64,000 nt of DNA from Phoronis australis (taxonomy: Eukaryota > Animalia > Phoronida): positions 923,552-987,551 of the forward strand of contig NMRA01000045.1 of NCBI GenBank assembly GCA_002633005.1, written 5' to 3'. The translations under genes were made by a program, and so were the position numbers. Positions 1-13,900 of this stretch are shown here, piece after piece (position 1 is the first letter of the stretch; the number at the start of each line of letters is the position of its first letter). The notes beneath the pieces are model-generated. The model saw nothing but the letters and a program-made list of their open reading frames with translations. It did not search any database and was not told where the DNA came from.

Positions 1-773
1 TAAAACCAGCTGAATATTCATAGTGTTCCGTTTATTTGCCCCCTGATATGTAATATCGTGCTTAGAGCTGAAAATAATTTCAAAGTGATGTACCTAGATA
101 CTAATAAAAATGAACTAAAATACGGAATGTATAACTTTGGGGTGGACATTTAGCAGACGGACTATGGTATGAAAAATCAAGACAAAAACTGACAATAGGA
201 TATGACAATGTTTCTTGATAAATGGCCCCATTGTGGCATTAATGCTTTTGATAACAGTGGTGGCAATTGTGTTATTCCTTCTGCTTAGGGATAGGGTGCC
301 AGATGATCTCTGACCATGGTCAGATATAGTCCCACTGGGCCACTAAAGGGATTATCATTCCTTGTCAACTGGCAACATCAAGTTTAATGCGATTATCCTG
401 GGGCAGTGGATTGGAGAAGTGTATTTTGTATACAATTATCCAGTGGTTGTCACTGTCTGACTGAACTGTCTGACTGGTTCTTGTTTACTGCTGCCACTGC
501 AGAAACTGGAGCCCTGCAATTGCTCCTCGTTTTGCTGTGTTATAATATAGCATTACAGTCATTTTACTTGATCTAGGAGGGTTGATACAACATAGCTGAC
601 TGATGAGTGGTTTCCTTTGTTTAATTCTATTGTGAATGGGTCGTTGCTGATGACTTCTGTCTACAACACAGACAGTGTAGTTGGCTAATCCTGTGTGCTT
701 GACTGTGGATCACTGCAGAAAGATCCGGACTTGGAGATAGGATTTTTCAGCCTGTTAAGTCTACCTGTCGAAA

Positions 774-1937
774 ATGGGGTGTACTTGTTCAAAGCAATCA
801 ACTCGTAGGAGTACAAGTAAACAGGAAAAGGTGTCTGGAGAAAATGTCTCTGAAGTCGTTTCTATTGAGGAGGCGGCATGTGATAAGAGGATGGGTGACA
901 AGCTGGAACGCTTGGAGACTGATATATGTGGAAATAAGATGAGAAATGAGGCGAAGGATGGCTTAGGCAACAAGGAGATTTCACTGAATGTGGACGATGT
1001 TAGGGCAGTCTATGTCAAATGTTTGCCAGACACAGATGTGAGTCCTGAGATAGAATGCTGTGGGAGTACACTGTCGAATAGCTTGGAGACAGTGTGCCTT
1101 TTGAATGACAACTGTGAGGGTAGTCAGCATGAACTAAATGAGTTGTCTTCACAGAATGATATTTGCTACGCCAGTGTTCATCAATGTCCCAATATTTCAA
1201 CTGAAGAGTCGTGCAGTTCAGGTCATAATGGACAATATATGCCCCCATTTGCAGCCTGTGAGATATCAGAACAGAGTGCTAAGTTCACGGTGCCCCCGTC
1301 AATAACGTTCTCTCTGGTTGGCTACGAGAGCGGGAACGGCAACCTTGTGGCGACTGCCAGTGTCAACCCAGTTGTGTATGCGTCTCTACCAGTAGTCATT
1401 ACCGTCTCTACCAACAGTACTGATAAAGATGAAGATGAAAAAGGAGAAATGGTTGGCCAGTGCCAAGCACCCCAGAATAATGGAGTTGATATTACTACTG
1501 ATAACAACGAGGAAATCGGAGACAATAACCCGATGGATTACAAACTGAATTCACTAACATGGGATGTTTCTGCTGATGATGTTACCAGCACAACCTATGT
1601 AATCACGGAAACTGACTTGAGCTTTAATGTTGATTTGCACAATTTTGATGCTCCGCCAATACAGGGCATTTTGAAAACTAGGGCTCAGTCATCAAATTTT
1701 GCAAGACCAAAGAAGCGTGTTAGTTTCCCCGATGTTTTGGAAGATGTCGTCTGTATCGATACCCTCTCTGTGGGATCGATGTACGAAGAGGAGGATATTG
1801 GTGGTGTCATGGCCAATGGCAGCCATATTTGTGGCAGCCATGTTGATTGGAAAGATGCGTTAAGGTATTGGCAGTTAGACGGTTGTCCAGATCTGGATCG
1901 TGGGGTTGGTGACAGTTACCTGTGTCCTCGTCATCAG
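774..1937 (+). CDS. Candidate alternative first coding exon (388 codons): N-myristoylation/palmitoylation signal plus SILK-type and RVxF PP1-docking motifs
   Basis: aaaATGG start with in-frame TAA at 756-758; begins MGCTCSK; GILK at 1665-1676; KRVSF at 1713-1727; reads CPRHQ then CAG|GTAGTG donor at 1938 (phase 0), matching the phase-0 ACIDDN exon. The ORF continues unspliced to 2198. Confidence 0.7.
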
Positions 1938-4900
1938 GTAGTGTTTGATGATCTTGTTTCTGCTCTTGTTCTAAGTGTGTGTTCTATAACTAGGTGTTGT
2001 TATGATGCCCAGAACACATCAATATTTCAAGTTGAGTGCCTATCATGGGATCTTCGCATTCCCAGTTGGCGCGTGGCTAGGTCAGCGCTATTCAGTTGTG
2101 TGTCTGGTGTGTTTTGCATCATTTTAATGGAGGTTCGTGCAGTTTTGTTCATTTCTGCTGGATTCACATGGTCCCTTGTACATCTGGGACTCATTTAGCA
2201 CCCTCTTTGGAGGAAATTTTCACTTAGAAAAATACTATACCGTAATGAAACTAACATACTGAAGTTTCACTCACACTACAAAGTTCCACAGTTCGATTCT
2301 GTGGTTGTTCATTCATGCGTCCCTTCAAACAAGCCGGTAATTTCGCTATGGGGCCTTTCATTCTGCTATGAGCGGAGTGTTGATGTAAACTATGAAGTTA
2401 ATCGAATCGTTCATATTAGTTTCGGCAGTTAATGGCGTCGAAGTAAACGGTAGGTGATGCTGTCTTCATTGAAATAATCGCAAGGTAGTACCAATATATC
2501 CCGTGCACGTTAAATTTTTTTAAGCTGACAATTTGAGAACATTTAAGTAGTGTACTAATCAACATAAAACTTCTTTCTAGTTCGATTGATGACTATTCGA
2601 GCAAAATATATAAGCAACTATTAGTGGCGACACTGTCCTATAATTGTTGACGATAGCAGTGGCCTATAGTGATAACTACGATGAAACCAAAGTTGACCTT
2701 CATACCACTCCGCAGCGTCGATGCTCCGCTGTTAAATCCACCTGTTTACTGGGAAGTTAACTGGCGCTGTTAACTTCGATCCAGGAGACCGAAGTTAACC
2801 TTCATACTGAGCACAACTCTCCAAAACATGGAAGCGTTGACCTTAGTACAAAAGGGTCTCATAGTGTTGGATGCAGGTTTTACTGCATGGTCTGATGTTG
2901 CCATTTACCATGAATGTTTATTGTGTACAATTGTGTTGACTTTAGTGCCTTTGTGTGAACCCTTGGCTAAGATTATCTATTTATGTGGGAAAGGTGTTAT
3001 ATGTACTACAATGGATGTTCATGTCTCACTTCTTGGATCATGGTTGAAGTGTGTTTGTTCAGACTAGGCTGTGATGAACCTTACCTGTGGAAATGCTAGG
3101 TCCCTCAAAACTGGTATCGCCATGCATTACAACCGTTGCTTGTGATCGTACCAGCTTTTCTCGCAAGCGTCTTGGGTCCATGGAATATAGCACTGGTGGC
3201 AATGTAGTTGGCATTTGGGATGTTGACATTTTACTTAGTGATGATTTCTTTTATGGGAGTCATGTATGTTGTCATACACATGAAGTAGTTGTGTCTAGTG
3301 CTAATATTTGTTGCTTACAGAAAGGTTTTGTATAGCATGATCTATTCTTTAAATATAACTCATTGAATTTATGTGATGATGTGTGGCAGTGACGATGATG
3401 ATATGGTAATGATGTTCAGAAAAGTGAAATATCTTCTGAACAATGCCCACTCTTTTGTATATGTACACATGTGCTAAGTCTACACGATACACGGTGTCAA
3501 CAGTTCTTAACAACTCGCCATCTTGCAAAATGTTTCAAAGACAAAACAAAACAAAATAAAATCTGAATTTTAAAGCTCCTGTACATATCATACTCTGTGC
3601 AATTTCTTTAAGAGAGCTCCCCCATGAATTTACATATATGTTATACTGATGCTTGAGTTGTTTTGAGAATTGGTGCAGCTTCATTTCATCTGTCAAGAAA
3701 TTTGTAATTTCCCCACATCATATATCGTGACCGAGTGCATATGGTAATCATCTGAGTTTGATATATGTGATCTTTTTGTAGGCATGCATCGATGATAACC
3801 TGGACATGGTGGAGTTTCTAATAGAAAATGGTGCTGACATAGACGTGTGTGACAACGAGGGTTGGACGCCTCTCCACGCTACTGCCTCGTGTGGTTACTG
3901 TGAAATAGCCAGGTAAGCTTGATCAGCATCCACTTGTGTGAGTAGAATGCAGTTCCACTGTCTCATCCTTAAAGTGGCAGGTGACCTCTTTAAGGGGATC
4001 CGTCTGATCAGCCGTGTGATGATCTGGTCACGAGTCCACCGACAGATCTGCCTTCTTATTATTAAGATGCTGATGACACAATTCGTGATTACATTCTCTT
4101 TAGTTGTAGTGATACACGGGATTGCCCAAAATATTTGCATTTGGCATTTGACTATTAGGCCAAGCATTGTGCCAAATGCTGAAACTGGTGATTGGTTCAA
4201 ATTCGGTAGTGAATGCTGCATTTGACAGTTATCCTTGAAGCTGCTAGGTGTAAAGTTCACAATAGGTATATGTAGTGTAACGGTACATTCTTCTTGGTTC
4301 AGACTACATTTTCACGTGTTCGGGTCATGAAGTTGTTGTTCACTGGAAACATGAAGTAATTTACGGTAGTAGTGAAACATTTCCTGTCAATCCTGTCCTG
4401 TATGATTGCCAGAACAGCGGCTGTTACCTTTGTCCACCATTTGCAGGTTTCTCCTTGAATATGGTGCCAACGCTGCCGCCGTCAACAATGATGGTGACCT
4501 TGCTATTGATCTCGCAACCGAAAATGATATGGAAGAACTTCTGGCTGAATACATGGAAAAACAGCGTGAGTATCTGGCCCTGTGTGTCGTGCCCAAGGGG
4601 TCTCATCTTGAACGAGTTGGCGCTACTGCAATAGTCTCGGGGGTCTTAACCTTTAGAACCATTTTGATGCCTGTTATTCATTGGAGAAAACTGGTTCTTA
4701 AATCTGGGACCCTGTATGTGTCATATCAGCGCTCACACAGAAATTGTTAATGCTCGCATATAAAAGAGATTGATTGGAAAGTGCTGGCAAATGTATGTGT
4801 TTTCGGCAGTTTAGATATTGTTTTAGATGAGTGTTTAAGGTTTGTGGTATTGGTGATCCCATATCGGTGCTGTTTTGACTCTTTTTCCATCTCTGGTATC

Positions 4901-7900
4901 ATTTTAGGTTGGTCAGTGGCTTTGCTTTGGTAGTCATTTTCCCCAGTAGGCTATGTATTGCAGTGGTCCAATTTTCAAATGTTAGACAGCACCTCTCTAC
5001 CCAGTATGTGGAAGATGGTTGTTGAATAATGATTTTTGGTCCTAAATCATAGATTTTATTATCTGTGTGTACAGTTTTATACTGACTGAACTGCCTAGCC
5101 TATATAAGCGCTAGGATAATTATTTTTATGGCAAATTTTAGTATTTTGTAAAATAAAGTTGACCCTTATGTTGAGAGGAACAGACAAAAATTGGACAGTC
5201 GGCCAAAAGTCAAGTAAATGAACATTTCTAGCATGAGTTACCATAGTAAACAGTGATAAGTGTTTGCTATGCAGCACCATTACACGTGTGGTGTGTAAGA
5301 CCATCTGTACACCAACAGAATCATTAAACATTGCATACGGTTATCTTGTATCTCAAAATGCAAATAAGGCCGGTAAAGTTAGTGATAGCTGGGTCCACGT
5401 TCACCTTAAGCAAAAGGTGTCTGTCTTTTGAGGAGTTTCTCCATGATTTTTGTTACATTAAACGTAGAATATAAAAGCGAATACTCTAGATTGAGGTACT
5501 CTGGAAGCCGTTGGCTAGTAGGCATACTAACTATTAAGAGTTCTACAACATGGTGTTTTGTCTAGAATGCTGCTGTAGTTGTTATACTTTGCTGGAACAA
5601 TTTTCAATGTTACATTTTCAACTAGGGCTGAATTGGAACCTTTTGTGTACTTGTCTTCTGGTCATTAACCATAATTTCCACCCTTCCAGACGCACAAAAA
5701 TACAGTGGGAATTCCCCGATGTTAATGTTTGCCAAGACGGGAATTCTGTGGTAAAGTCAGTATAACAATTTCCCTACACAGAATTAAGTGTTAAAAACAA
5801 CTAATTCAGCATTTCTGCTGTATTTTTAGTGGACAAAAAGTACACTTGCCTTATACATTCATCCCATTTTTCCTCTTCTGCAGAAATTGATGCCGACTCG
5901 GCACGCAATGAGGAAGAGAACCGCATGCTGGCTGATGCCAACCAATGGCTGAATAATCGCAACGTACGCGAGAAGCCACACCCCAAGACCGGTGCGACGG
6001 CACTTCACGTGGCTGCTGCCAAGGGATACCTGAAAGTGATGCAGTAAGTCGTTAAGACCTCAGACTTTTTTCAAAAGCTGCACAAACGCGTGCAAGCAAG
6101 GTTTTAAATGCTGTGGCTTGCCAAGTTGGCCATAATGACAAATGGCCACCAGTTACTCTCCTTCTCTCACCCACGCACCACGAGTGCCTTCAGCCCCAGG
6201 GAAATGTAAATTGTACCTCTGGTGCTGGCGTGGGTGTTTCTTTTCTTGATCTCGCCTGGTTCAGTCATGCCAGACCATAACACAGATGTTCTGTCCTGGG
6301 AACAGTGCCTCCTTTGTGATGTTTTGTTAGCCTTTCTTCCCTGTCTGTTTATTCTTGACATTAGCAAACAAATGGCATAAAATCAACACTCAAAGTCTGT
6401 AGCCCTGAATTCCTCTTGCGGGCTGTGATTAGGAAGGTTGAACACTGAAATAAGATTAATGTATAGTGGCATCAGCTCTAATCCGAGCCCTTTTATGTTA
6501 TACACTTTTACGTCACAATCCTTGATCTCCCAGCTTATTGTGGCTGGTTGGTTACTAATTCTGTTGGTCATATCTTTTATGCCAGATTACCATAGTACTA
6601 CTCAATGCATGAGACATGACATCTTGTCCTACTGGCCTCCCATTTCCATGATGGTTTGAGTGTAAATTTTGGGTACGAAAAGCAACAACTCTCAATTTCT
6701 GAAAAAAGTCCTTGAGATTTCTTTCATTTATTTCCTATGTGGCTCAAATTTGATGCATAAAGCTCCCCTTTTGAGAAATTGCAACAAAAGTTTGAATACG
6801 TCTTAACGCAAATGATGGATGCAGGGTTATGCCAGATTCAGTTCAGGAGTGGGTTAAGCGCTACTTGACATAATATGCCCTGTAGTGGGTTAGGAGTCTC
6901 TCAAAAGAGACTGCTGGAGGTGATAGAAATAGCTTACTGTTATTTTGTGAGCCAGTTGGTCATCTGATGTTACCCTTCAGGCTGAGAACTGGCACTGGTT
7001 TACATAAGGGATTATAAAGTTTATGGTTTATGACGTCCAGAACCAGAAATTAAAACGAGTGACGTTGTGTGCCTGGCACACAGTTTCTAGCACTTCTCAA
7101 GTGGCAATGCGTCTAAGTAAACCTGGTGTTTGTTTATTAGCCATTATTTTCTTGTGGAAAGTAAAGAATGGATTTAAAAGGTGCGTTTATGTCCATTCTC
7201 TTCTCGAGTTCAATCCGTCTTCATGTAAGGTCAGCCTCGCACTTAAAAAGTTATTTTTTGTTTTATTTTTGGACTGAGGCATGTATTGAACAGTGGTGAG
7301 ACCCGAGTTTGACTCATATGTTCACTGGTAGATATAAAGTGTTGAGGTCCATCTGGAAAGTAGTTGTGAGATTACCTTCATTATAAATAATTTAATTTAA
7401 AAACCCTGTTTTCTTTTTAAACTGATGTGAAGTGAATGAAGCCATGTATATCAAAAAGTTTTGCACGCACGCACACACACACACACTTGTTCTAACCATT
7501 TCTGATAGTAGTCACAATGTGAAGTATACCTTTTCGCTACATGTCATTGGAGTAGCTGGGGGACAACATTCAACGCCCCCTACAGACTACCCCTGTAATA
7601 TTGGAAATTTATGGCAGTGTGTTTTTTAGCATCGTTTTAAATTCTTTGCCATCATCATGCCACTGTCAAATTACCACTGTCAAATCACCACTGTGGTGTA
7701 GTGAGATATTCAAATAGTCTACTTCAAGTGTCCACCATTGCAATATGTCCGTGAACAAAAGAAATAGTGTAACAGTTTTGTCTTTGCCAGCGCAGCCCGA
7801 CTTGCTCACCAAAGTTTGAAATTAGGTCAATGGAAAGTCGCTTTGACTTGTATATCGGATGTTCTATACAAGGAAGTGCTATTAGGAGCTGTCTGTTTCA

Positions 7901-10900
7901 CAGCTGTATAGTCTTTACTAGCCAGACTTAGGTGTGCACCTGTTGTGGGAAAAGTGCTATTGTTGCATTGTTCTTGTAATGAGTTTGTTCTGTAATCTGC
8001 ACTTGACATTCCAAACCACACTGTGTCTCATTCAGATAGAAGGGACTGACTACCTTTAGGCAGTTGGTCATCTGACTGTGGTTCAAATTTCAGTTGTCAT
8101 ATGAATTGTTACTTTAACTTTAGTTTGTACTCTGGCGGTTTGAAAAGGAATCATTCAGCATACAGCTCTTTAGCATTGTGAAAGCATACTTTACCCAGGT
8201 GTGCAAGACGGTAGGAGTTGACAGGAACAAAACGGAATTTCTTTCGTTCATTTGAATGTCTCACTGCGCAGCTGTGGCAATTTGACTGTATGATGGTCCC
8301 AAAGAATTCATAAAAAACGTTGCATTCAAGAATTGCAGAATACTGTCCACTATCATATGGCCATGTTTAAAGGTGTATTTCATCTGCTGACGTTGCAGCT
8401 ATTTCATTGCTGTGACTGCTGGTGCATACTGGCGGGTACTTTGAATTTTGTNTAGTAGGTAGGGATGTCATATCATATCTAAAATCCAGACCAGCGCAAT
8501 ACCTGAGCACTTGGAAAAGGTGTACCTGAAATGACATAAATTCATGACATACCACATTCAGTTCATCTTTGTGTTCTTTCTAAGTCATAGTACCCTCTCT
8601 GTTGATTTATTTTGTTCTTATTCTGTTGTCACATGTAAGACAATGAACAAGATTATACTAAGATGTCAGAAATTTTGGGCACAATATGGCAGACGTAATA
8701 AATTACATTTTTTCATATTTTCCATTAAAGGAACTTGGCAGGAAAAGTAATTTTCCAAAATCAGGCTCAACATGGAGCCTAAACTTGGAACCCCCGTAGT
8801 CTTAGTTCTATGTGCTCTGCTGGTGAAGCTAAATCCCAGTCGATAAATGGTAGAGTATTTTAAGCATTGTTAACTGGTGAAATCACCAGCCTTCATTACA
8901 AGGAATGTCTGGAAGACAAGAGCGACAATAGGCCATTTGTAGTAAAATCATAAAAACTCTACGGATTTTGTTGTTTTATAATTCTGGTCAAAGCAGTTAA
9001 TGTCTAGAAGTCAATCCTATCCCATAGCAATCCCAAAACTGCATTTTCTGCCAAGAAACCAAATGTGTTTCTTTTAAGTAAGTATGACCAAAGTTAGTTA
9101 CACACAATAGCTACCATTAAACAGCGTTTTATTAATGGGCACTCATGTCTATGTTAGATGCCTTTTAAAAGGAAGAAAGTCAATTTTGACTTTTATAAAA
9201 ATTTCTCAAAATTTTCCCATCCCTTTGTTCCATCTGATTCGTGGACATTGCTGAGTGCATGTTGCATTCGCTGTTTCTGCTTGCTGTTTAGTCAATGTCA
9301 ATATCTATCTCCTGCTGTGAAAGGAAAACTAGGTTATGCCATCTGGTGTTGATTTTGTTGGGAAGCCATGGTGCCTGGCTGAATGTAATATGAAAACAAA
9401 TACACCATGCATTAGTGGGTGGTAATCTATATTGAATAATAAACTATGACAACAGTGGGGGGTCAGCCCACCAGGACAGAATCATTAATAGTTTGTTCTG
9501 CCAACAGATTTTGCTATGCTAAAAGTATGTTTTTATCCATTTTGCTGATTACTGCAGCAACAATTAAACTTCGAGCCTAGTCACACTGAGCTCAGATTGT
9601 GCAAACTGTCTTAACATCTTGATAAAATGGACAGGAGATGGGAGAAGACTGGTAACTTTGACATTTGCCCACAGTGCAGAACTTAAAGCTGGTCCCACAA
9701 AAAAATTTCTTGCTTGTTTTCAAGGCTGTTATTAGGGCTATGCTAGTGTGCCAGGGCTGTTAAGTTCTGTACAGAAACTGACACAGGCTCTGCGGTTATT
9801 GAGGCCAAAAGCGATCCTTAAACCTTTTGCCTTGTAAGAGTAAGCAAAAATTTACATCAAAACATTTAACATACATATTTTAGAACAATCCATAAGATTT
9901 TCAAAACATGCCAACAGTAAACCCAATAGTATGCCCATGAGTGTACAGTTGGAAAATTTTCCAAAAATATGTCTATAGGTTGGGCGTGGGCCTATTTTCG
10001 GAAAGTCGCGGTTGTTGTTGAATTGGACTTGAAAATTGCTACCTCTGTGTATTGCTAATGCCATGTGTCAACTCTATCAAGTGTTGCAGTCACATATTGT
10101 TACACTGAAGTGAGTGCCAATGAAGGATTTTGGTTGCACTTAATATTCTGTGGCACTGAATTCATTCTGTTCATCCTTAAATTTTCATTGGCATGCATGA
10201 TACATTTTCTGTCCCTTTTTCCAGGATTTTACTTATGGCAGGCGTAGATATAGAAGCCAAAGACACTGACGGCTGGACGCCACTACACGCCGCTGCTCAC
10301 TGGGGCGAAGAAGAGGCCTGTAAACTACTAGTAGAGAACATGTGTAATATGGAGGCTAGGAATTATAGTGTAAGTACTGGCACCTATTGGTCAATGTTGG
10401 AACCAGGAGTTGTGCTTATGGTGCCACATGGTGGAGTGGGTTTATGAAGTACTAGTGAAGAATATGCAATACAGAACCAGGAATTAAAGTGTAAGTACTG
10501 GCACCTATTGGTCAATGGGGCAGCTGAGACTATGTATGTGCTGCCACATGGTGGTCAATGGTTGAAGAGTCATTGCACATGTATAGTCACATGATGGCTG
10601 GTGATTAAACTTGGGATTGCCTGATGAAGTCAGCAGATCAGGGATTGCTTGCTAGTCATTCCTTAACAAGTGAAATCGAGTAATCCCTAAGCCTATGATA
10701 TTCTTTGTGTATATTCCATTAATTAAAAGAGGTTGCATATTCAAATTTGTTGAATACAAAGATGACTAATTTGAGTTGCTTGACTGTAGAGAATTTTAGT
10801 TGTTGGAATATCTACTAAAGGAATGAACAATGCGAACCTGTAAAAAATGCATTCAGTGTCCTGTTATTGCAACTATTGTTTTTCAGGGTCAAACCTGTTT

Positions 10901-13900
10901 TGATGTAGCTGACGATGACCTATTAAAGTTATTAGAGGATTTAAAAATCAAACAAGCATCGGTAAGTATAACTATACAACTCAAGCAGGATTTTATCAAA
11001 GCATAATTTCTATCTGGTGCAAAAATCTGGTAAGTTCACTTGAACTTGGAGGAATTATAAAATACCACGAGGGAGATGGGAAGTAACTACAGAGGATATG
11101 TGATATTCTATTTATCGCCTATTTTGAACATTAAACTCTACAAAACAAAAATTAAAATCTGTTGTCCTTTGCATCTGTCTTATGTTGTACAATGGGTCAA
11201 ATCACACCTTTTCTATATTGAACGTTGCAGCATGCCGGTCATGTTTTCTCGCCAAATTGTTATCTCCCCTTGGAAATAATTATATAGGTTATTACCCTGT
11301 TGTTATTTTCTATTAAGGTTTGTAATGGCAGATAACATGGAAATATATCTACACCCCGTTAGACTGAGATGGAAAATGACTGCTCATTATGCGTGTCATG
11401 TGATCTACTTTCAAATTTGGGAGCTTCGTCTGGAATCAAACGTTCGGTTTTGAATGTCTGCTCGAGCAAGTTCTTATGGATGCTTCGCAACTTTCGCGAT
11501 TGCACTTTTGAAAACTAGACAGTTTTTTAGTTATTTTATAAGTGATTGATTCTGTCAGTGATTTTTTTATGTAATCCTCCTTTCAGCGTCGTGAAGATAG
11601 CAAGAAAGAAATTCCCCACCTTGACATCATTGAAACGAAACATCCGATGAAACGAAGGTAAGTCTTCCTTGTTTGTTGCTTGATTAGTGTTTCTTTCATA
11701 GCAATGTATGTTGGCATAGAAACTTTGAGGCTGGCCCTTAAATCAAGAAAGATTTTACAAGCATTTGTGTAACTTATATGCTGCTATGTTTTGGCTTGCT
11801 GTTAACCTAACTTATGGCTCACTCTTTAAGGTTATCTGGGCCCTTAATAAACGACCTCAACTCTAAATCAACTATCGAAAAGAACTATGCTTTGTCAACC
11901 ATTAAAAGTATAGTATATTTTTTGAAAGGAGAAAAATCGAGGATTCTAAAAATATGCTTTACGCTTCTTACTACTATGTCTTTGTAATTGCCACGTGGCC
12001 ACGTTTTAAGTCCGATTTTACTGAAACTTTTTTTAAATGAAAACTTTATGTCACGTTTCAAAAACGCTGTTAGGATTCATGCCTTGTGTTTTTGCCAGTT
12101 CATTTGGCATTTAATTCCTAACAGCATTTTTGAGACTTAACATAAAATTTCCATTTCAAAAAAATTTAGTAAAATCGACTGGGGGGGTTATTTTGCTATG
12201 AATGTACCTTTCTTGCACATGAAAATTTGACTTAAAAAAACATGGTCACGTAACAATAATAAAGACACAGTAGTAAGAAGCATATTTTTAGAATCCTCGA
12301 TCTTTCTCCTTTCAGAAAATATATATTTTTCATGGTTGACATAGCATAGCTTTTTCGATATTTGATTTGAGGTGGTTTGTTAAGGTCTTAGATAACCTTA
12401 AATCAGATGAGACTCGATGAGCGTGGTAGGAACTGAGTGCTTGTTATTGTTGATAGTCTCGTGTAATGTTAAACTAAGGCAAATCTTAACAGCAACTTTT
12501 ATGGTAAAGAAATGGGACATTGAATAATGTGTCCACTTGTTTTTGATTTTGTTTTTTGAAGAAATTGTTTTCGGGCTGGTTTCACTCTTTACAAAGTACT
12601 TGCCAAAAGTAACCAGATAAACTCCCATCACGATGAGTCATCATTCTCAAAAACTCTGACTGTGGAATAATATTTCCACCTTGTTAACTTTTCGGTGAAT
12701 TTCCTGTCGTTCTTGGTCAGGATTGACAGGCGCAAGTCTTTTGGCTGGTGGGTGAATTCTGTCGTGATGGGGGGATTAGGATAATTATGTCTAGTTATTC
12801 TTGGTTGGTACATCAGTAGATGCAGGTTGTACATTTATGTTCAGTTTTGGAAACTTTGAATGTGTGTTGTAACTTGGTGTTACGAGCATGTTACTCTGCA
12901 TGACACAGTTTTGTAACTCCTTAGCAGTAGGTGCTTGTTTTTTAGTCAGTTCCAAATAGTTTTCCATCTTGGGGAAAGTTGCACTGTATGTTGAGTGCTT
13001 ATTTCTGGTTTTGAGTGATTTGACCCAGATACTGAAAGCTTCTTAATAATGAAGACTTGAATGCAGAAATGACTTCCCTCGGTGTTGCCGCCATATTCCA
13101 AATTTTACTGTTACCCCTGAACTTGATGAGTCCTTCACATTCTCCATTATCACCTTCCCGAGGCAGTTGTGTGTTTGAGTTGTCATGAGTGCATTGCTTG
13201 TATCTGATGTCTGTTAATATTATTTACTTCTGATTCCCCTCTCCTGGTGTTTAAAATACTTCTAGGTCTTGTCTCGTTGCCTGTAGATCCTGAATCCACA
13301 CCTTATCCATTCAAATTAAACAGTTTCCTACCCGTGGCTGTGTTTTGGGTCTTTTGCACCTTATGACATTGGTAAAAAGCCTGCACAATTGTCCGGGTAG
13401 ACATTTCTAAGTGTGAAAGATTGGACATTACTATCTCTACCATGGTTACATTGGTAGAGCTGTGTTACTTCTACCGGGAATTTCGGAAAATAGGCATGTG
13501 GACAGATATTTGGAAACGACCATTAAAAATGTCAAATTTAACAGAATGTACTCCAGGGGTTACTGTGCTAATACTGCTTCTTACAAACCAAGTCGCCTAA
13601 TATCTTGTTAAATAATAGTTACTTGAGGGAAATTGGGATCCCAAATATAGTTTCTTGTCAAAATAAACAAAATTTTATATCGAAACATATTACATACATA
13701 TTTCAGAACAATCAATTAGATTTTCAAAACAGTTGCTGAAAATACACTCGTGGGCGTACTTTTGGAAAATTTTCCGAACATGTGCCCATGGGCATGCTTT
13801 TAGGTGGACCAGTTTTCGGAAATTCTCGGTATTGTTACTCTTTCTAACGTTGGTTAAGCTGGTAATAAATTCAACTAGTATTTAATGTTAACATTTGGTT

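Noticed and set aside
1845-1875. WKDALRYW as a MyPhoNE motif
   Set aside because: It lacks the R and Q of RxxQ[VIL][KR]x[YW] and lies C-terminal, not N-terminal, to the RVxF.
1938-2198. Hydrophobic C-terminal tail of the 474-aa ORF as a transmembrane anchor
   Set aside because: It lies past a plausible donor at the HQ| junction, and T/G-rich intron sequence readily translates as hydrophobic. A retained-intron form cannot be fully excluded.
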